Positions 1 through 10,051 of a DNA stretch of 64,000 nucleotides are shown one piece after another. The position numbers were made by a program, and so were the translations under genes. The notes under the pieces were generated by a model. It was given only the letters and a program-made list of their open reading frames with translations, was not told the origin of the DNA and made no database searches. The DNA lies in NCBI GenBank assembly GCA_040768745.1, contig JAXGMI010000001.1, positions 1,024,001 through 1,088,000 of the forward strand. The letters are read 5' to 3'. Source of the stretch: Desulfomicrobium sp. GTDB lineage: Bacteria > Desulfobacterota > Desulfovibrionia > Desulfovibrionales > Desulfomicrobiaceae. Each line of letters starts with the position of its first letter. Within the stretch, counting starts at the first letter, position 1.

Positions 1-379
1 TGCCCAGTTCGTGCATGGCGCCCCAGACGATGGTGGCCGTTGGCTCGGTGAAGCCGTCCGGGCGGACGTCCTCGCGGCTGGTGCGCCGCGGCGTGTCCGC
101 GAAGACCATCTCCGGCCCCAGACCTTTGTGGCGCAGGTGGCCCAGCAGCAGACGCTCGGAGGTCATGGCGATGCCCGAGAAGTGGCCGCCCTGGTAGCCC
201 AGGGCCTCGGCCAGGAGAATGAGGGTGGCTTTTTGGCGTTCGCCGAGATAGGCCCGGAGCTGATCCCGCCGGATGGCCGGCCCGTCCGGCCCGGCGTCGT
301 GCAGGGGGTCGCGGTGGCGCCAGGGGTTGAAGACGGCCCCGGCCGGGGCGTTGTCGAGGAGTCTCAGGAAGGTGCGCAT
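1..379 (-). CDS. Uracil-DNA glycosylase superfamily protein (SMUG/family-3-like), N-terminal part; runs off the window
   Basis: Not in ORF track. Manual translation from ATG 379: MRTFLRLLDNAPAGAVFNPW...LLAEALGYQGGHFSGIAMTSERLL...EPTATIVW, matching the UDG-like GEAxGYxGxxxSGxxxTSE motif. Confidence 0.75.
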   Translation of the reverse strand, partial: MRTFLRLLDNAPAGAVFNPWRHRDPLHDAGPDGPAIRRDQLRAYLGERQKATLILLAEALGYQGGHFSGIAMTSERLLLGHLRHKGLGPEMVFADTPRRTSREDVRPDGFTEPTATIVWGAMHELG

Positions 380-497
380 GGGCACGCGCTACACGCTGGC
401 CGGACTTGGCGCAAGGGTTCGGGCGGGGCTTGACGGCGCGCGTCGCGGGCTTACTCCCAGTGTCTGGATTTTCTGCGCAATTTCATGAGGTGAGCGG

Positions 498-1436
498 ATG
501 AACCCAATCGATTCGCATTTGAAGATCGGTCTGGCCCTGGGCAGTGGTTCCTCCAGAGGCTGGGCGCACATCGGGGTCATCAGGGCCCTGGCCGAGCGGG
601 GCATCGAGCCCGCCATCGTCTGCGGCACCTCCATCGGCGCCATGGTCGCGGCCGCCCACGTGGCGGGCAACCTGGACCGCCTGGAGGGCTGGATCCGTTC
701 CCTGACCCGGCTCGAGACCGCGAGCTTTTTCGAGATCAACACCTCTTTTTCGGGCTTCGTCAACACCGCGCGGCTGCGCAGGTTCCTGCATGAGCACGTC
801 GTCCCCGAGGAGGCCCGGATCGAGGATTTCACTAGGCAGTTCGGGGCGGTGGCCACGGACCTGGAGTCGGGCCGCGAGGTCTGGTTCACCAGAGGACCCA
901 TGCAGGAGGCCGTCTGGGCGTCCATCTCCCTGCCTGGCCTCTTTCCGGCCATCCGGCACGAAAAGCGCTGGCTGGTTGACGGCGGCCTGGTCAATCCCGT
1001 GCCGGTCACGGTCTGCCGGGCCCTGGGGGCCGACGTGGTCATCGCCGTGAACCTGAACGGGGACATCGTGGGCAAGCATTTCGTCAAGATCGAGAAGCAG
1101 GGCGAAAAAAAGAACGGGGTGACCGAGGCCTTCTCGAACCTGGTCCGGGAGTACGCTGGGTCGCTCTTTTCCTTCGACGCCGAGGAAGACGAGCCGCCCG
1201 GTCTCTTCGACGCCATCGCCGGGTCCGTGAACATTGCCCAGGAGCGCATCACACGCAGCCGCCTGGCCGGCGATCCCCCGGATATTCTGCTTTCGCCCAA
1301 ACTTTCGCATATCGGCCTGCTGGAGTTCTTCCGGGCCGGCGAGGCCATCGAGGAGGGGCGCAGATGCGTGCAGCGCATGCTGCCCGAGATCGAACACGTT
1401 CTGGGGCATCACAGACCCGAATCTGAATTTGCCTAA
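498..1436 (+). CDS. Patatin-like phospholipase (RssA family)
   Basis: GSGSSRG loop, GTSIG nucleophile, DGG motif; GAGG RBS upstream. Confidence 0.9.
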   Translation: MNPIDSHLKIGLALGSGSSRGWAHIGVIRALAERGIEPAIVCGTSIGAMVAAAHVAGNLDRLEGWIRSLTRLETASFFEINTSFSGFVNTARLRRFLHEHVVPEEARIEDFTRQFGAVATDLESGREVWFTRGPMQEAVWASISLPGLFPAIRHEKRWLVDGGLVNPVPVTVCRALGADVVIAVNLNGDIVGKHFVKIEKQGEKKNGVTEAFSNLVREYAGSLFSFDAEEDEPPGLFDAIAGSVNIAQERITRSRLAGDPPDILLSPKLSHIGLLEFFRAGEAIEEGRRCVQRMLPEIEHVLGHHRPESEFA

Positions 1437-1458
1437 ACCGCCATCCCGAGGAGCACTT

Positions 1459-4299
1459 ATGCCCATATTGCGCTTCTTCCTTTTTTTCCTCTTTGTCGCC
1501 ACCCAGGCCCTGGCCGCGCAGGTCCGCGTCTCCGACACGGATTACCGCGCCTACCGGACCCTGACCCTGGACACGGGGCTTACAGTCCTGCTGGTGCACG
1601 ACGAGCGCGCCTCCAAGGCCGCGGCGGCCCTGGCCCTGCCAGTGGGCAGCATCGACGACCCCGACTCCCAGCCGGGCCTGGCCCATTATCTGGAGCACAT
1701 GCTCTTCCTGGGCTCCGAGTCCTACCCCGGCCCTGAGGAGTACCAGTCATTCATCACCGCCAACGGCGGACAGACCAACGCGGCCACGGGTTACACGTCC
1801 ACCACGTACATGATGGAGGTCGACCCGCCGGCTTTTGCTGAGGCCCTACGGCGTATGGCCGATACCCTGGCCCGGCCCCTCCTGGATCCGGTCTATGCCG
1901 AGAAGGAGCGCAATGCTGTCAACGCCGAGATGGAGTCCAAAAAGCACAGTGACGGACGCCGGCTGGCCATGCTGACCCTCTCGACCCTCAACCCGGCCCA
2001 CCCGGCCTCGCGCTTCACGGGCGGCAACTTGGAGACCCTGTCGGACAAACCGGGCAGCCCCCTGCACGACGAACTGGTCCGCTTCCACCAGGCCTGGTAC
2101 TCGGCCAACCTGATGAGGGGGGTGCTCTACGGACCCCAGGGCCTGGACGAGTTGGAACGCCTGGCCCGGACCGAGCTGTCCGTCATCCCCGACCGGGGGT
2201 CACAGGTCCGCGGGCCAGTGGTCCCGCCGGTCACGGACGGTGAGCGGGGGCTGATTTTCGGCGTACGCCCGGTGCGTGAGACCCGCAGCATGACCATGGA
2301 GTTCGTTCTTCCCAAGCGGTTCGACGACCCGGCCACCAAGCCGATGCAGGTCGTGGCCGCAGTGCTCGGCACGGAGACCGGGCATTCCCTGGTCGAGACC
2401 CTGCGCGGCAGGGGCTGGGTGCTGGGACTGTCTGCTGGCGGCGACACCTCGAGCCTGCGCAACGGGGTGACCCTGTCCCTCTTCCTGCAGTTGACGGAGG
2501 AGGGCGACCGGCATCGGGACGAGGTCACGGCCGCGGTCTTCGCCTATCTCGATCTGTTGCGGACGAAAGGCGTCGGGCAGGAGTATTTCGAGCAGCTCAA
2601 GGACATGCTGGCCATGGAATTCCGCTTCTCCCCCCTGGACAGCGGGTTCGACTTCGTGTCCCGGGCCGCCGGGCAGATGCTGCTCTACCCGGTCGAGGAC
2701 GTGCATTACGCCGACTACCGCCTGGACTCCTTTGACCGCGAGGCCGTCTCCGCTCTCCTGGCCGAACTGACCCCGGCCAATGCCCGAATCTTCCATGTGG
2801 GTCCGGACCAGCCCGCGGACAAAGAGTCCTTTTTCTACCAGACACCCTTCAGTGTGCGGCCCATCACCGAGGCTGACAAGGCCCGCTGGGTCGAGCTGGG
2901 GAGGGGCATGGAACTGGCCCTGCCGGACCTCAACCCGTTCGTTCCTGACGATTTCTCCCTGGTGACCGTTGGCGGGCAGGGTCTCCCACGAAAGGTCGCA
3001 GACGAGCGGGGCCTGGCAGTCTGGCACGCGCAGTCTGAACTGCGCCGGGAGCCCAGAGCCATTCTCATGACCCGGCTGCAATCCGCAAACATTGCCTCCA
3101 CCCTGGAGCAGAAAGCCATGCAGGGGGTGTTGCTCGAACTCTGGGATCAGAAGCAGGCAGGCCTGCGCTATCAGGCACAGGAGGCCGGGCTCGACCTGTC
3201 CGTCTCAGGGGATGAGGGCCTGGTCATCCGCATCGACGGGTTCAGCCAGCACCAGGCTGATCTATTGCCCCGGGTCTTGTCACTTCTGGACCAGCCTGTC
3301 TCCCATCTCGATTTCGAACAGGCCAAAGCCGAGCAGTTGCGGGCCCTGGCCAACAAAAAAAAACAAGGCGTCTTCGGACAAGCCATGAGTGTCATACAGA
3401 CCCTGGTCACTGTCCCGTCCTGGGACGATGAGGCCGTGGGAGAGACCACGCGTCACGCGACAATGGAAGGATTTCGGCAGTATCTGCACGCCATGCGCCG
3501 GGATCTGCGCGTGACCATGTTCGGGTTTGGCAATGTTGCGCCCAACGACATGCTGGCCATGGCGTTGTCGGTCAGACCCTATGTCGGTCCCGAGGCGGGT
3601 CAACAGCCCATTGCACGGCGCATTTTGCCCAGGCCTGGGGTGGTCGCGGATTACCAAAAGGACAGCGTGCTGGAGGACAGCGCTCTGGTCGAACTCTTTC
3701 TCGACCCCGAGCCCGGCCCACGGTCCAAGGCCCATGTGCTGCTTCTGGAAGGGCTTCTTTCGATCCGTTTCTACAGTCAGTTGCGTACAGTGGAACAACT
3801 GGGGTACGTGGCCACCACGCTTCCGGTCATGTTCGCGCATTGCGCGGGAATAGGCTTTGGGGTGCAGAGCCCCGTACAGGGCACGGCGGGCCTGGCCGAC
3901 CGCTTTGATTCTTTTTATTTCCGAGCCCTTACCCAGATGCGCGAGATCACTCCCCAGGAATTCGAGGGAGTGCGCCAAGGGGTTCTGGCCTCCCTGCAAA
4001 AGACCCCAGACACGCTGGACGAGGAGTTCGGTTGGCTGGAAACAGATCTGCGCCTGGGTAACGCCGCATTCGATGGGAGGAACAGGCTCGTTCAGGCCGT
4101 GGAAAAGGCCAGCCTTGCCGAGGTGGTGCGTAGGTATGAGACACTGGTTGCCGGTCCCGGGGGGACGCGGGTCCGCGTTCAGGTTCAGGGCACGCGTTTT
4201 GCGAGTTTTGGTTGGGCGAAAAAGTCGGGAGCCGTGCAGACCCCGGGTTCGGATGCATTCCACCGGTTGATGGGGGAGCAGAGGTACCGGGGGTTGTAG
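1459..4299 (+). CDS. M16A zinc metallopeptidase (pitrilysin/protease III-like), secreted
   Basis: HYLEH inverted zincin motif, GSIDDP...GLAH, N-terminal signal peptide; GAGGAG RBS before ATG 1459. Confidence 0.88.
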   Translation: MPILRFFLFFLFVATQALAAQVRVSDTDYRAYRTLTLDTGLTVLLVHDERASKAAAALALPVGSIDDPDSQPGLAHYLEHMLFLGSESYPGPEEYQSFITANGGQTNAATGYTSTTYMMEVDPPAFAEALRRMADTLARPLLDPVYAEKERNAVNAEMESKKHSDGRRLAMLTLSTLNPAHPASRFTGGNLETLSDKPGSPLHDELVRFHQAWYSANLMRGVLYGPQGLDELERLARTELSVIPDRGSQVRGPVVPPVTDGERGLIFGVRPVRETRSMTMEFVLPKRFDDPATKPMQVVAAVLGTETGHSLVETLRGRGWVLGLSAGGDTSSLRNGVTLSLFLQLTEEGDRHRDEVTAAVFAYLDLLRTKGVGQEYFEQLKDMLAMEFRFSPLDSGFDFVSRAAGQMLLYPVEDVHYADYRLDSFDREAVSALLAELTPANARIFHVGPDQPADKESFFYQTPFSVRPITEADKARWVELGRGMELALPDLNPFVPDDFSLVTVGGQGLPRKVADERGLAVWHAQSELRREPRAILMTRLQSANIASTLEQKAMQGVLLELWDQKQAGLRYQAQEAGLDLSVSGDEGLVIRIDGFSQHQADLLPRVLSLLDQPVSHLDFEQAKAEQLRALANKKKQGVFGQAMSVIQTLVTVPSWDDEAVGETTRHATMEGFRQYLHAMRRDLRVTMFGFGNVAPNDMLAMALSVRPYVGPEAGQQPIARRILPRPGVVADYQKDSVLEDSALVELFLDPEPGPRSKAHVLLLEGLLSIRFYSQLRTVEQLGYVATTLPVMFAHCAGIGFGVQSPVQGTAGLADRFDSFYFRALTQMREITPQEFEGVRQGVLASLQKTPDTLDEEFGWLETDLRLGNAAFDGRNRLVQAVEKASLAEVVRRYETLVAGPGGTRVRVQVQGTRFASFGWAKKSGAVQTPGSDAFHRLMGEQRYRGL

Positions 4300-4340
4300 A
4301 CCGGGAAGCGCATGATTATCCGTCGGCCGCGAGAAGGTTC

Positions 4341-4384
4341 AGCCACATCGCCCTTTCAGCCTGTGCTGAAAGGGCGATGTGGCT
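4341..4384. terminator. Bidirectional terminator hairpin
   Basis: Perfect 20-bp inverted repeat agccacatcgccctttcagc / gctgaaagggcgatgtggct between convergent genes. Confidence 0.75.
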
Positions 4385-4398
4385 TTGTCTGTCACAGT

Positions 4399-5721
4399 TT
4401 AGAAAATCTGGGGGTAGGACTGTACAAAGGCATCCAGGCGCTGACGGGACTTTTTGATCCTTTCGCGCAAGGACGCGCGGTAGGCGTCCATGTCGGCGAT
4501 GGGCTTCTTGGCCACGCCCGTGTCCATGGCGGCCTGGGCCACGGCGGCGGACTCGAATTCGAAGAGGCGCAGGTCCACCGGCGTGGGGATGATATAGTCG
4601 ATGCCGAATTCCAGCTTCTCCACGTCGTAGGCCTGCAGGACGTATTCCGGCACAGGCTGCTTGGCCAGGTCGGCCAGGGCCCGGGCGGCTGCCATCTTCA
4701 TCTCCTCGTTGATGTTCGTGGCCATGACGTCGAGGGCGCCGCGGAAGATGAAGGGGAAGCCCAGGACGTTGTTGATCTGGTTGGGGAAGTCTGAGCGGCC
4801 CGTGGCCATGATGGCATCGGGACGGGCTTCCTTGGCGTCGGTGTAGGAGATTTCCGGCACGGGGTTGGCACAGGCAAAGATGATGGGGTCCTTGGCCATT
4901 CCTTTGACCATGTCCTGGTTGACCACGCCACCCTTGGACAGACCCAGGAAGACGTCGGCTTCGACCATGGCTTCGGCCAGGGAGCCGAAGGCTTTTTGGG
5001 TGGCGAACTCGCGCTTCTGGTCGTTCAGGTCCGTGCGGCCCAGGTGCAGGTGGCCGCGGGAGTCAAACATGGCGATGTTTTCGGATCGCATGCCCAGGGC
5101 CACATAGAGGCGAGTGCAGGAGATGGCGGCGGAGCCGGCGCCGGACACGACCATGCGCAGGTCCTCGATTTTCTTGCCGGTGATCTCCAGGGCGTTGAGC
5201 AGGCCGGCGGCGGAGATGATGGCCGTGCCGTGCTGGTCGTCATGAAAGACCGGAATGTTCATCTCTTTTTTGAGCTTGTCCTCAATGTAGAAGCATTCTG
5301 GCGCTTTGATGTCTTCGAGATTGATGCCGCCGAAGGTCGGCTCCAGGGCCTTGACGATCTCGCAGAGCTTGTCCGGGTCGGTCACGTCCAGGTTGATGTC
5401 GTAGACGTCGATGTCGGCAAAGATTTTGAAAAGGAATCCTTTGCCTTCCATGACGGGCTTTCCGGCATAAGCACCGATGTTGCCCAGGCCCAGGACAGCC
5501 GTGCCGTTGGAGACCACGGCCACGAGATTGCCCCGACCCGTGTATTTGTAAGTCAGGTCCGGGTCCTTGGCGATGGCCAGGCAGGACTCGGCCACGCCCG
5601 GGCTGTAGGCCATGGTCAGGTGCTTCTGGGTGGCATAGGGTTTGACCGGCACGACCTCGATTTTGCCGGGACGGACTTCGGAATGATAATCCAGGGCTTC
5701 CTGGGGTGTGAAAAGAGCCAT
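4399..5721 (-). CDS. Malic enzyme (MaeB N-terminal type, no PTA domain)
   Basis: [44 protein letters not shown] motifs; GGAGGA RBS. Confidence 0.92.
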   Translation of the reverse strand: MALFTPQEALDYHSEVRPGKIEVVPVKPYATQKHLTMAYSPGVAESCLAIAKDPDLTYKYTGRGNLVAVVSNGTAVLGLGNIGAYAGKPVMEGKGFLFKIFADIDVYDINLDVTDPDKLCEIVKALEPTFGGINLEDIKAPECFYIEDKLKKEMNIPVFHDDQHGTAIISAAGLLNALEITGKKIEDLRMVVSGAGSAAISCTRLYVALGMRSENIAMFDSRGHLHLGRTDLNDQKREFATQKAFGSLAEAMVEADVFLGLSKGGVVNQDMVKGMAKDPIIFACANPVPEISYTDAKEARPDAIMATGRSDFPNQINNVLGFPFIFRGALDVMATNINEEMKMAAARALADLAKQPVPEYVLQAYDVEKLEFGIDYIIPTPVDLRLFEFESAAVAQAAMDTGVAKKPIADMDAYRASLRERIKKSRQRLDAFVQSYPQIF

Positions 5722-5769
5722 GTTGTCCTCCAATACCGCTTTTGCGGCGGGTTATTTGCCAAGAAGAAG

Positions 5770-5950
5770 ATGGATTCACCCTTTCGGGCACAAGCCCGCC
5801 TACTGAAGGGCACATGTGCGCGGGAAGGACAAGGTAGCAGGGCGCGAGGGTAAATGTTCTGACGTTCGGACGATCAGAGGGCCACAAAAGCCGTTGTTCT
5901 TCCTCGATGTCATCCCTGCGCATGTGCCCTTCAGTAGGCGGGGATCTATG
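5770..5950. repeat. Inverted pair of REP-like palindromic units
   Basis: 22-bp perfect inverted repeat 5795-5816 / 5921-5942 inside units resembling GTCATYCCYGCG..GGCGGGRATC. Confidence 0.65.
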
Positions 5951-6033
5951 CTTTCGCTTTCCTTTCCCCTAACCGGGGCAAGGGGCTGAGCCCATTGCGG
6001 GGTGCGGGGGGCCGTCCCGCATCTCTCATCCTC

Positions 6034-6591
6034 CTATTCCAGCCCGGCCGCCTTCCGGTCCGGCTGCACGTACAGTTCGCCGCCGTGGCAGTCGTTGATG
6101 ACCAGCAGCGGAAAGTCAACCACGGTCAGCTCGCGGATGGCCTCGGGCCCCAGTTCGTCGAAGGCAATGACCCTTGCGGAGCTGATGCATTTGGACAGGA
6201 GGGCTCCGGCCCCGCCCGTTGCGCCGAAGTAGACGGCCTTGTGGTCCTTCAATGCCTGCTTGACGGCATCATTTCTTTTGCCCTTGCCCACCGAGGCCTT
6301 GCAGCCCAGGGAGTGCAGGCGCGGGGCGTAGGTGTCCATGCGGTAGCTGGTGGTCGGGCCGGCCGCGCCGATGGGGCGGCCGGGAGGCGCGGGGCTGGGG
6401 CCTACGTAGTAGATGACAGAGCCTTTCAGTTCGAAGGGCAGCGGCTCTGATTTGTCCAGCAGGTCGATGAGCCGCTTGTGGGCCGCGTCGCGGGCCGTGT
6501 AGATGGTGCCCGTCAGCCTGACCACGTCACCGGCTCTGAGCTGGTAGATGTCCTCGTCCGTCAGGGGAGTTTGCAGATTGTATTCGGCCAT
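6034..6591 (-). CDS. Fe-S fumarate hydratase (class I), beta subunit
   Basis: TARDAAH, GPTTSYRM, GKG motifs; start overlaps the alpha-subunit stop. Confidence 0.9.
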   Translation of the reverse strand: MAEYNLQTPLTDEDIYQLRAGDVVRLTGTIYTARDAAHKRLIDLLDKSEPLPFELKGSVIYYVGPSPAPPGRPIGAAGPTTSYRMDTYAPRLHSLGCKASVGKGKRNDAVKQALKDHKAVYFGATGGAGALLSKCISSARVIAFDELGPEAIRELTVVDFPLLVINDCHGGELYVQPDRKAAGLE

Positions 6592-7430
6592 CAGATCTCC
6601 ACCTCCTGATGCCTGGAGGAATGACACTGGATATTCACGGCCAGGGGGAGGCTCGCGATGTGACAGGGGCTCACGGCGATCTTGACGCCCAGGCACGTGG
6701 TCTTGCCGCCCAGGCCCATGGGTCCGATGCCAAGCCGGTTCAGGGCCTCCAGGAGTTCGTCCTCCATGGCCGCGAGCTTGGGATCGGGGTTCACATCGTC
6801 GAGTTTACGTAGCAGGGCCTTCTTGGCCAGGATGGGGGCGAAGTCGAAGGTGCCACCCACGCCGATACCCACCACGGTGGGCGGGCAGGGGTTGGGGCCG
6901 GCCTCGGCCACGCGTTCGATGACAAATTTCCTGATGCCGGCCCAGCCCTGAGCCGGAGAGAGCATGGTCACGCGGGACATGTTCTCGCTGCCTCCCCCCT
7001 TGGCCATGAAGGCTATTTTCAGCTTGTCGCCGGGTACAATGTCAAAGTGGATGATGGCCGGGGTGTTGTCCCCCGTGTTGGCGCGGGTGAAGGGGTCGCA
7101 GGCGGACTTGCGCAGGAAGCCCTCGGCGTAGCCCTTGCGCACACCTTTGTTGATGGCCTCGCGGATGTTCATGCCCTCGACACGCAGGTCCTCGCCCACG
7201 TCCACGAAGAAGATGGCCAGACCCGTATCCTGGCACAGGGGCAGTCCTGTCTCTTCGGCCAGCATGTAGTTCTCCGTCAACTGGCGGAAGACCTCCCTGG
7301 CCGCCGGGGATTCCTCGGTGGCTGCGCACTGAGTGAAGCGCTCCCGCACGTCCCTGGGCAGGTAGCGGTTGGAGTCGATGCACAGGTTGGCCACGGCATC
7401 GATGATCTGTGTGGCTTGGATCGTTCTCAT
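6591..7430 (-). CDS. Fe-S fumarate hydratase (class I), alpha subunit
   Basis: PLCQDTG, KGGGSEN, GPNPCPP, CHIASLP motifs. Confidence 0.9.
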   Translation of the reverse strand: MRTIQATQIIDAVANLCIDSNRYLPRDVRERFTQCAATEESPAAREVFRQLTENYMLAEETGLPLCQDTGLAIFFVDVGEDLRVEGMNIREAINKGVRKGYAEGFLRKSACDPFTRANTGDNTPAIIHFDIVPGDKLKIAFMAKGGGSENMSRVTMLSPAQGWAGIRKFVIERVAEAGPNPCPPTVVGIGVGGTFDFAPILAKKALLRKLDDVNPDPKLAAMEDELLEALNRLGIGPMGLGGKTTCLGVKIAVSPCHIASLPLAVNIQCHSSRHQEVEI

Positions 7431-7432
7431 GG

Positions 7433-8170
7433 CTATTTCCTGAAGAGTTGTTTGAGGGCGGTGATTCCCATTTTGCGTCGCAGGAACCCGAGCTGGTTCT
7501 GCAGGGGCAGCTTCTTGGGGCAGACATCCTCGCAGGCCAAGAGACCCATGCAGCCGAAGATGCCGTAATCGTTGCCGATGATGTCGAAATACTGTTTGTC
7601 CGTGCGCTGGTCGCGGGGGTCGATGACGAAGCGGGCGATGCGGTTCAGGGCCGCCGCGCCCAGGAAGTCGTCCCGCATGCGGGCCGTGCCGCATGCCGCG
7701 ATGCAGCAGCCGCACTCGATGCAACGCTCGAGCTCGTAGATCTCCTCGGCCACGGCGTTGTCCATGCGCTCCTCTTCCTTGGCCGGATCGAACTCCTTGG
7801 CGGTGTGGATCCAGGATTCGGTCTTCTGATACATTTCGCGGAACCATACGCCCGTGTCCACGGAAAGGTCACCGATGAGCTTGAAGACGGGCAGGGGCAG
7901 GAGGGTGATGGCCTCGGGCAGTTCCTTGGTCTTGGTCTGGCAGGCCAGGCCAGGACGGCCGTTGATGACCATGGCACATGCGCCGCAGATGCCGGCCCGG
8001 CAGCAGAAGTCGAAGATCAGGCCCGGGTCCTGTTCCTCGCGCAGGCGATTGAGGGCGATGAACAGGGTCATGTTGGTGGTCTCCTCCAGCACAAAGGCCT
8101 GCATGTGCGGAGTGGAATCCTTGTCCTCAGGGTTGTAGCGGAATATTTCGAATTGTAGCAGTCGTCCCAT
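7433..8170 (-). CDS. frdB: Fumarate reductase iron-sulfur subunit
   Basis: CCRAGICGAC 2Fe-2S motif; CIECGCCIAAC and CMGLLACEDVCP motifs. Confidence 0.93.
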   Translation of the reverse strand: MGRLLQFEIFRYNPEDKDSTPHMQAFVLEETTNMTLFIALNRLREEQDPGLIFDFCCRAGICGACAMVINGRPGLACQTKTKELPEAITLLPLPVFKLIGDLSVDTGVWFREMYQKTESWIHTAKEFDPAKEEERMDNAVAEEIYELERCIECGCCIAACGTARMRDDFLGAAALNRIARFVIDPRDQRTDKQYFDIIGNDYGIFGCMGLLACEDVCPKKLPLQNQLGFLRRKMGITALKQLFRK

Positions 8171-8182
8171 GTCGTGTCCCTC

Positions 8183-10039
8183 TTACGTGCGCTTGATGGT
8201 CTTGGCTTCGATTTCCTGCGGATCGGCGTGGATGATTTTTCCGCCACCGTAGCCACGCTCGCCCGGGGGAATCTCGAAATGAGGCGTGGCGTGCTCGTAT
8301 TTCAGCTCCGGCAGGTTGCGGCCTTCGGGCCAGTAGGCCAGGGTGCGGTTCAGCCAGTTCTTGTCATCGCGGGCCGGGTAGTCCTCACGGTTGTGGCTGC
8401 CGCGGCTCTCGCGGCGGACCAGGGCGGCCTGGGCAATGCACAGGGCCAGACGGACCTGCCCGCGGATCTTCAGGGCAGCCGCCACTTCGTGGTTGGCGCC
8501 CAGGCCCTTGGAGAGCAGGCCGATGCGTTCGGAGCGCTCCAGCAGACCCTGCAGGACGGCCACACACTCGGTCAGGTCCTTTTCGTTGCGGAAAACGAAG
8601 CAGCCCTGCATGAGGGCCTCCTGCATCTCGGCGCGGACCTTGTAGACGTTTTCCCTGCCCAGGCGGCCGCTGATCAGGTTGTCGATGCGCCCCTGCTGGC
8701 GCCGGCATTCCGCGTTGATGACGGCGGTGTTGAAGGTCGTCTCGTAACCCTTCAAAAATTCGACGATCTTGGCGCCAATGATGCCGCCGGCCACCACGGT
8801 CTCGGCCAGGGAGTTGCCGCCCAGGCGGTTGAAGCCGTGCATGTCCCAGCAGGCCGCCTCGCCAGCCGAATAGAGGCCCTTCAGGCCATAGGCCGCTCCG
8901 TTCTTGTCCGTGCGCACGCCGGCCATGGTGTAGTGCTGGGTCGGACGCACAGGGATGAGCTGGGTGCGCGGGTCCACGCCCAGGAAGTTCTGGCAGATCT
9001 CGTCCACTTCGCGCAGCTTGGTGGAGATGTGTTTGTCCCCCAGGTGACGGATGTCGAGCCAGAGGTGTTCCCCATAGGCCGATGGCACGCCCTTGCCGGC
9101 GCGCATATGCTCGGTCATGCGGCGGGAGACCACGTCACGGGAGGCCAGTTCGGCCTTCTCGGGCTCGTAGGTGTGCATGAAGCGCTCTTCGTTGACATCC
9201 AGGAGGGTTCCCCCGTCGCCGCGGCAGCCCTCGGTGACCAGGATGTCAGTGGGCACGATGCCCGTGGGGTGAAACTGGATGGCCTCGGGGTTGCCGATGG
9301 GCACCAGTCCTGTGTCCTGGGCGATGACGTGGCCGCCGCCATCGCAGATGACGGCATTGGTCGTGGCCTTGTATATGCGGCCGAATCCGCCGGTGCAGAT
9401 GGCCGTGGCCTTGGCCAGAAAGGTTTCGAGTCTGCCGGTACGCAGACAGCGCACGATGGCACCCATGCACTGCTGACCGTCATGGATGAGGGAAATGGCC
9501 TCCTTGCGGTCCAGAACATTGATGCCGAGCTCGGCGCACTTGTTGTCCATGGTGCACATGACCGCGTGGCCCGTGCCGTCAGAGGTGTAGCAGGTGCGCC
9601 ACTTGGCCGTGCCGCCAAAGGAGCGGGCCGTGATGAGGCCCTCCTTCTCGGGCTTCTCGAACTTCTCGAACTGCTCACCGCCCTTGAAATAGGTGGACGA
9701 ACCCGGCACCACGCGGTTCCACGGTACGCCCCAGTGGGCCAGGCGGCGCATCTCGATGGGCGCGGCGTCGGCGAAGAGGCGGGCCACTTCCTGGTCGCAT
9801 CCCCAGTCGGAACCCTTGACCGTGTCCATGAAATGGACGTCCGGGTTGTCGCCTTCTCCCATGGCGCAATTGCCCAAGGCCGCCTGCATCCCGCCCTGGG
9901 CCGCCGAGGAGTGGGAGCGTCGGGCCGGGACGATGGACAGGCAGATGACGTTGAAGCCGGCCAGGGCCGATTCCACGGCGACGCGTTCGCCGGCCAGGCC
10001 TGCGCCGATGACCAGAAGATCGGAATAGTATGTTTGCAT
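8183..10039 (-). CDS. frdA: Fumarate reductase flavoprotein subunit
   Basis: GAGLAG, RSHSSAAQGG, QFHPT, HGFNRLGGNSL, RESRG motifs. Confidence 0.95.
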   Translation of the reverse strand: MQTYYSDLLVIGAGLAGERVAVESALAGFNVICLSIVPARRSHSSAAQGGMQAALGNCAMGEGDNPDVHFMDTVKGSDWGCDQEVARLFADAAPIEMRRLAHWGVPWNRVVPGSSTYFKGGEQFEKFEKPEKEGLITARSFGGTAKWRTCYTSDGTGHAVMCTMDNKCAELGINVLDRKEAISLIHDGQQCMGAIVRCLRTGRLETFLAKATAICTGGFGRIYKATTNAVICDGGGHVIAQDTGLVPIGNPEAIQFHPTGIVPTDILVTEGCRGDGGTLLDVNEERFMHTYEPEKAELASRDVVSRRMTEHMRAGKGVPSAYGEHLWLDIRHLGDKHISTKLREVDEICQNFLGVDPRTQLIPVRPTQHYTMAGVRTDKNGAAYGLKGLYSAGEAACWDMHGFNRLGGNSLAETVVAGGIIGAKIVEFLKGYETTFNTAVINAECRRQQGRIDNLISGRLGRENVYKVRAEMQEALMQGCFVFRNEKDLTECVAVLQGLLERSERIGLLSKGLGANHEVAAALKIRGQVRLALCIAQAALVRRESRGSHNREDYPARDDKNWLNRTLAYWPEGRNLPELKYEHATPHFEIPPGERGYGGGKIIHADPQEIEAKTIKRT

Positions 10040-10051
10040 GCCTTCCCCCCT

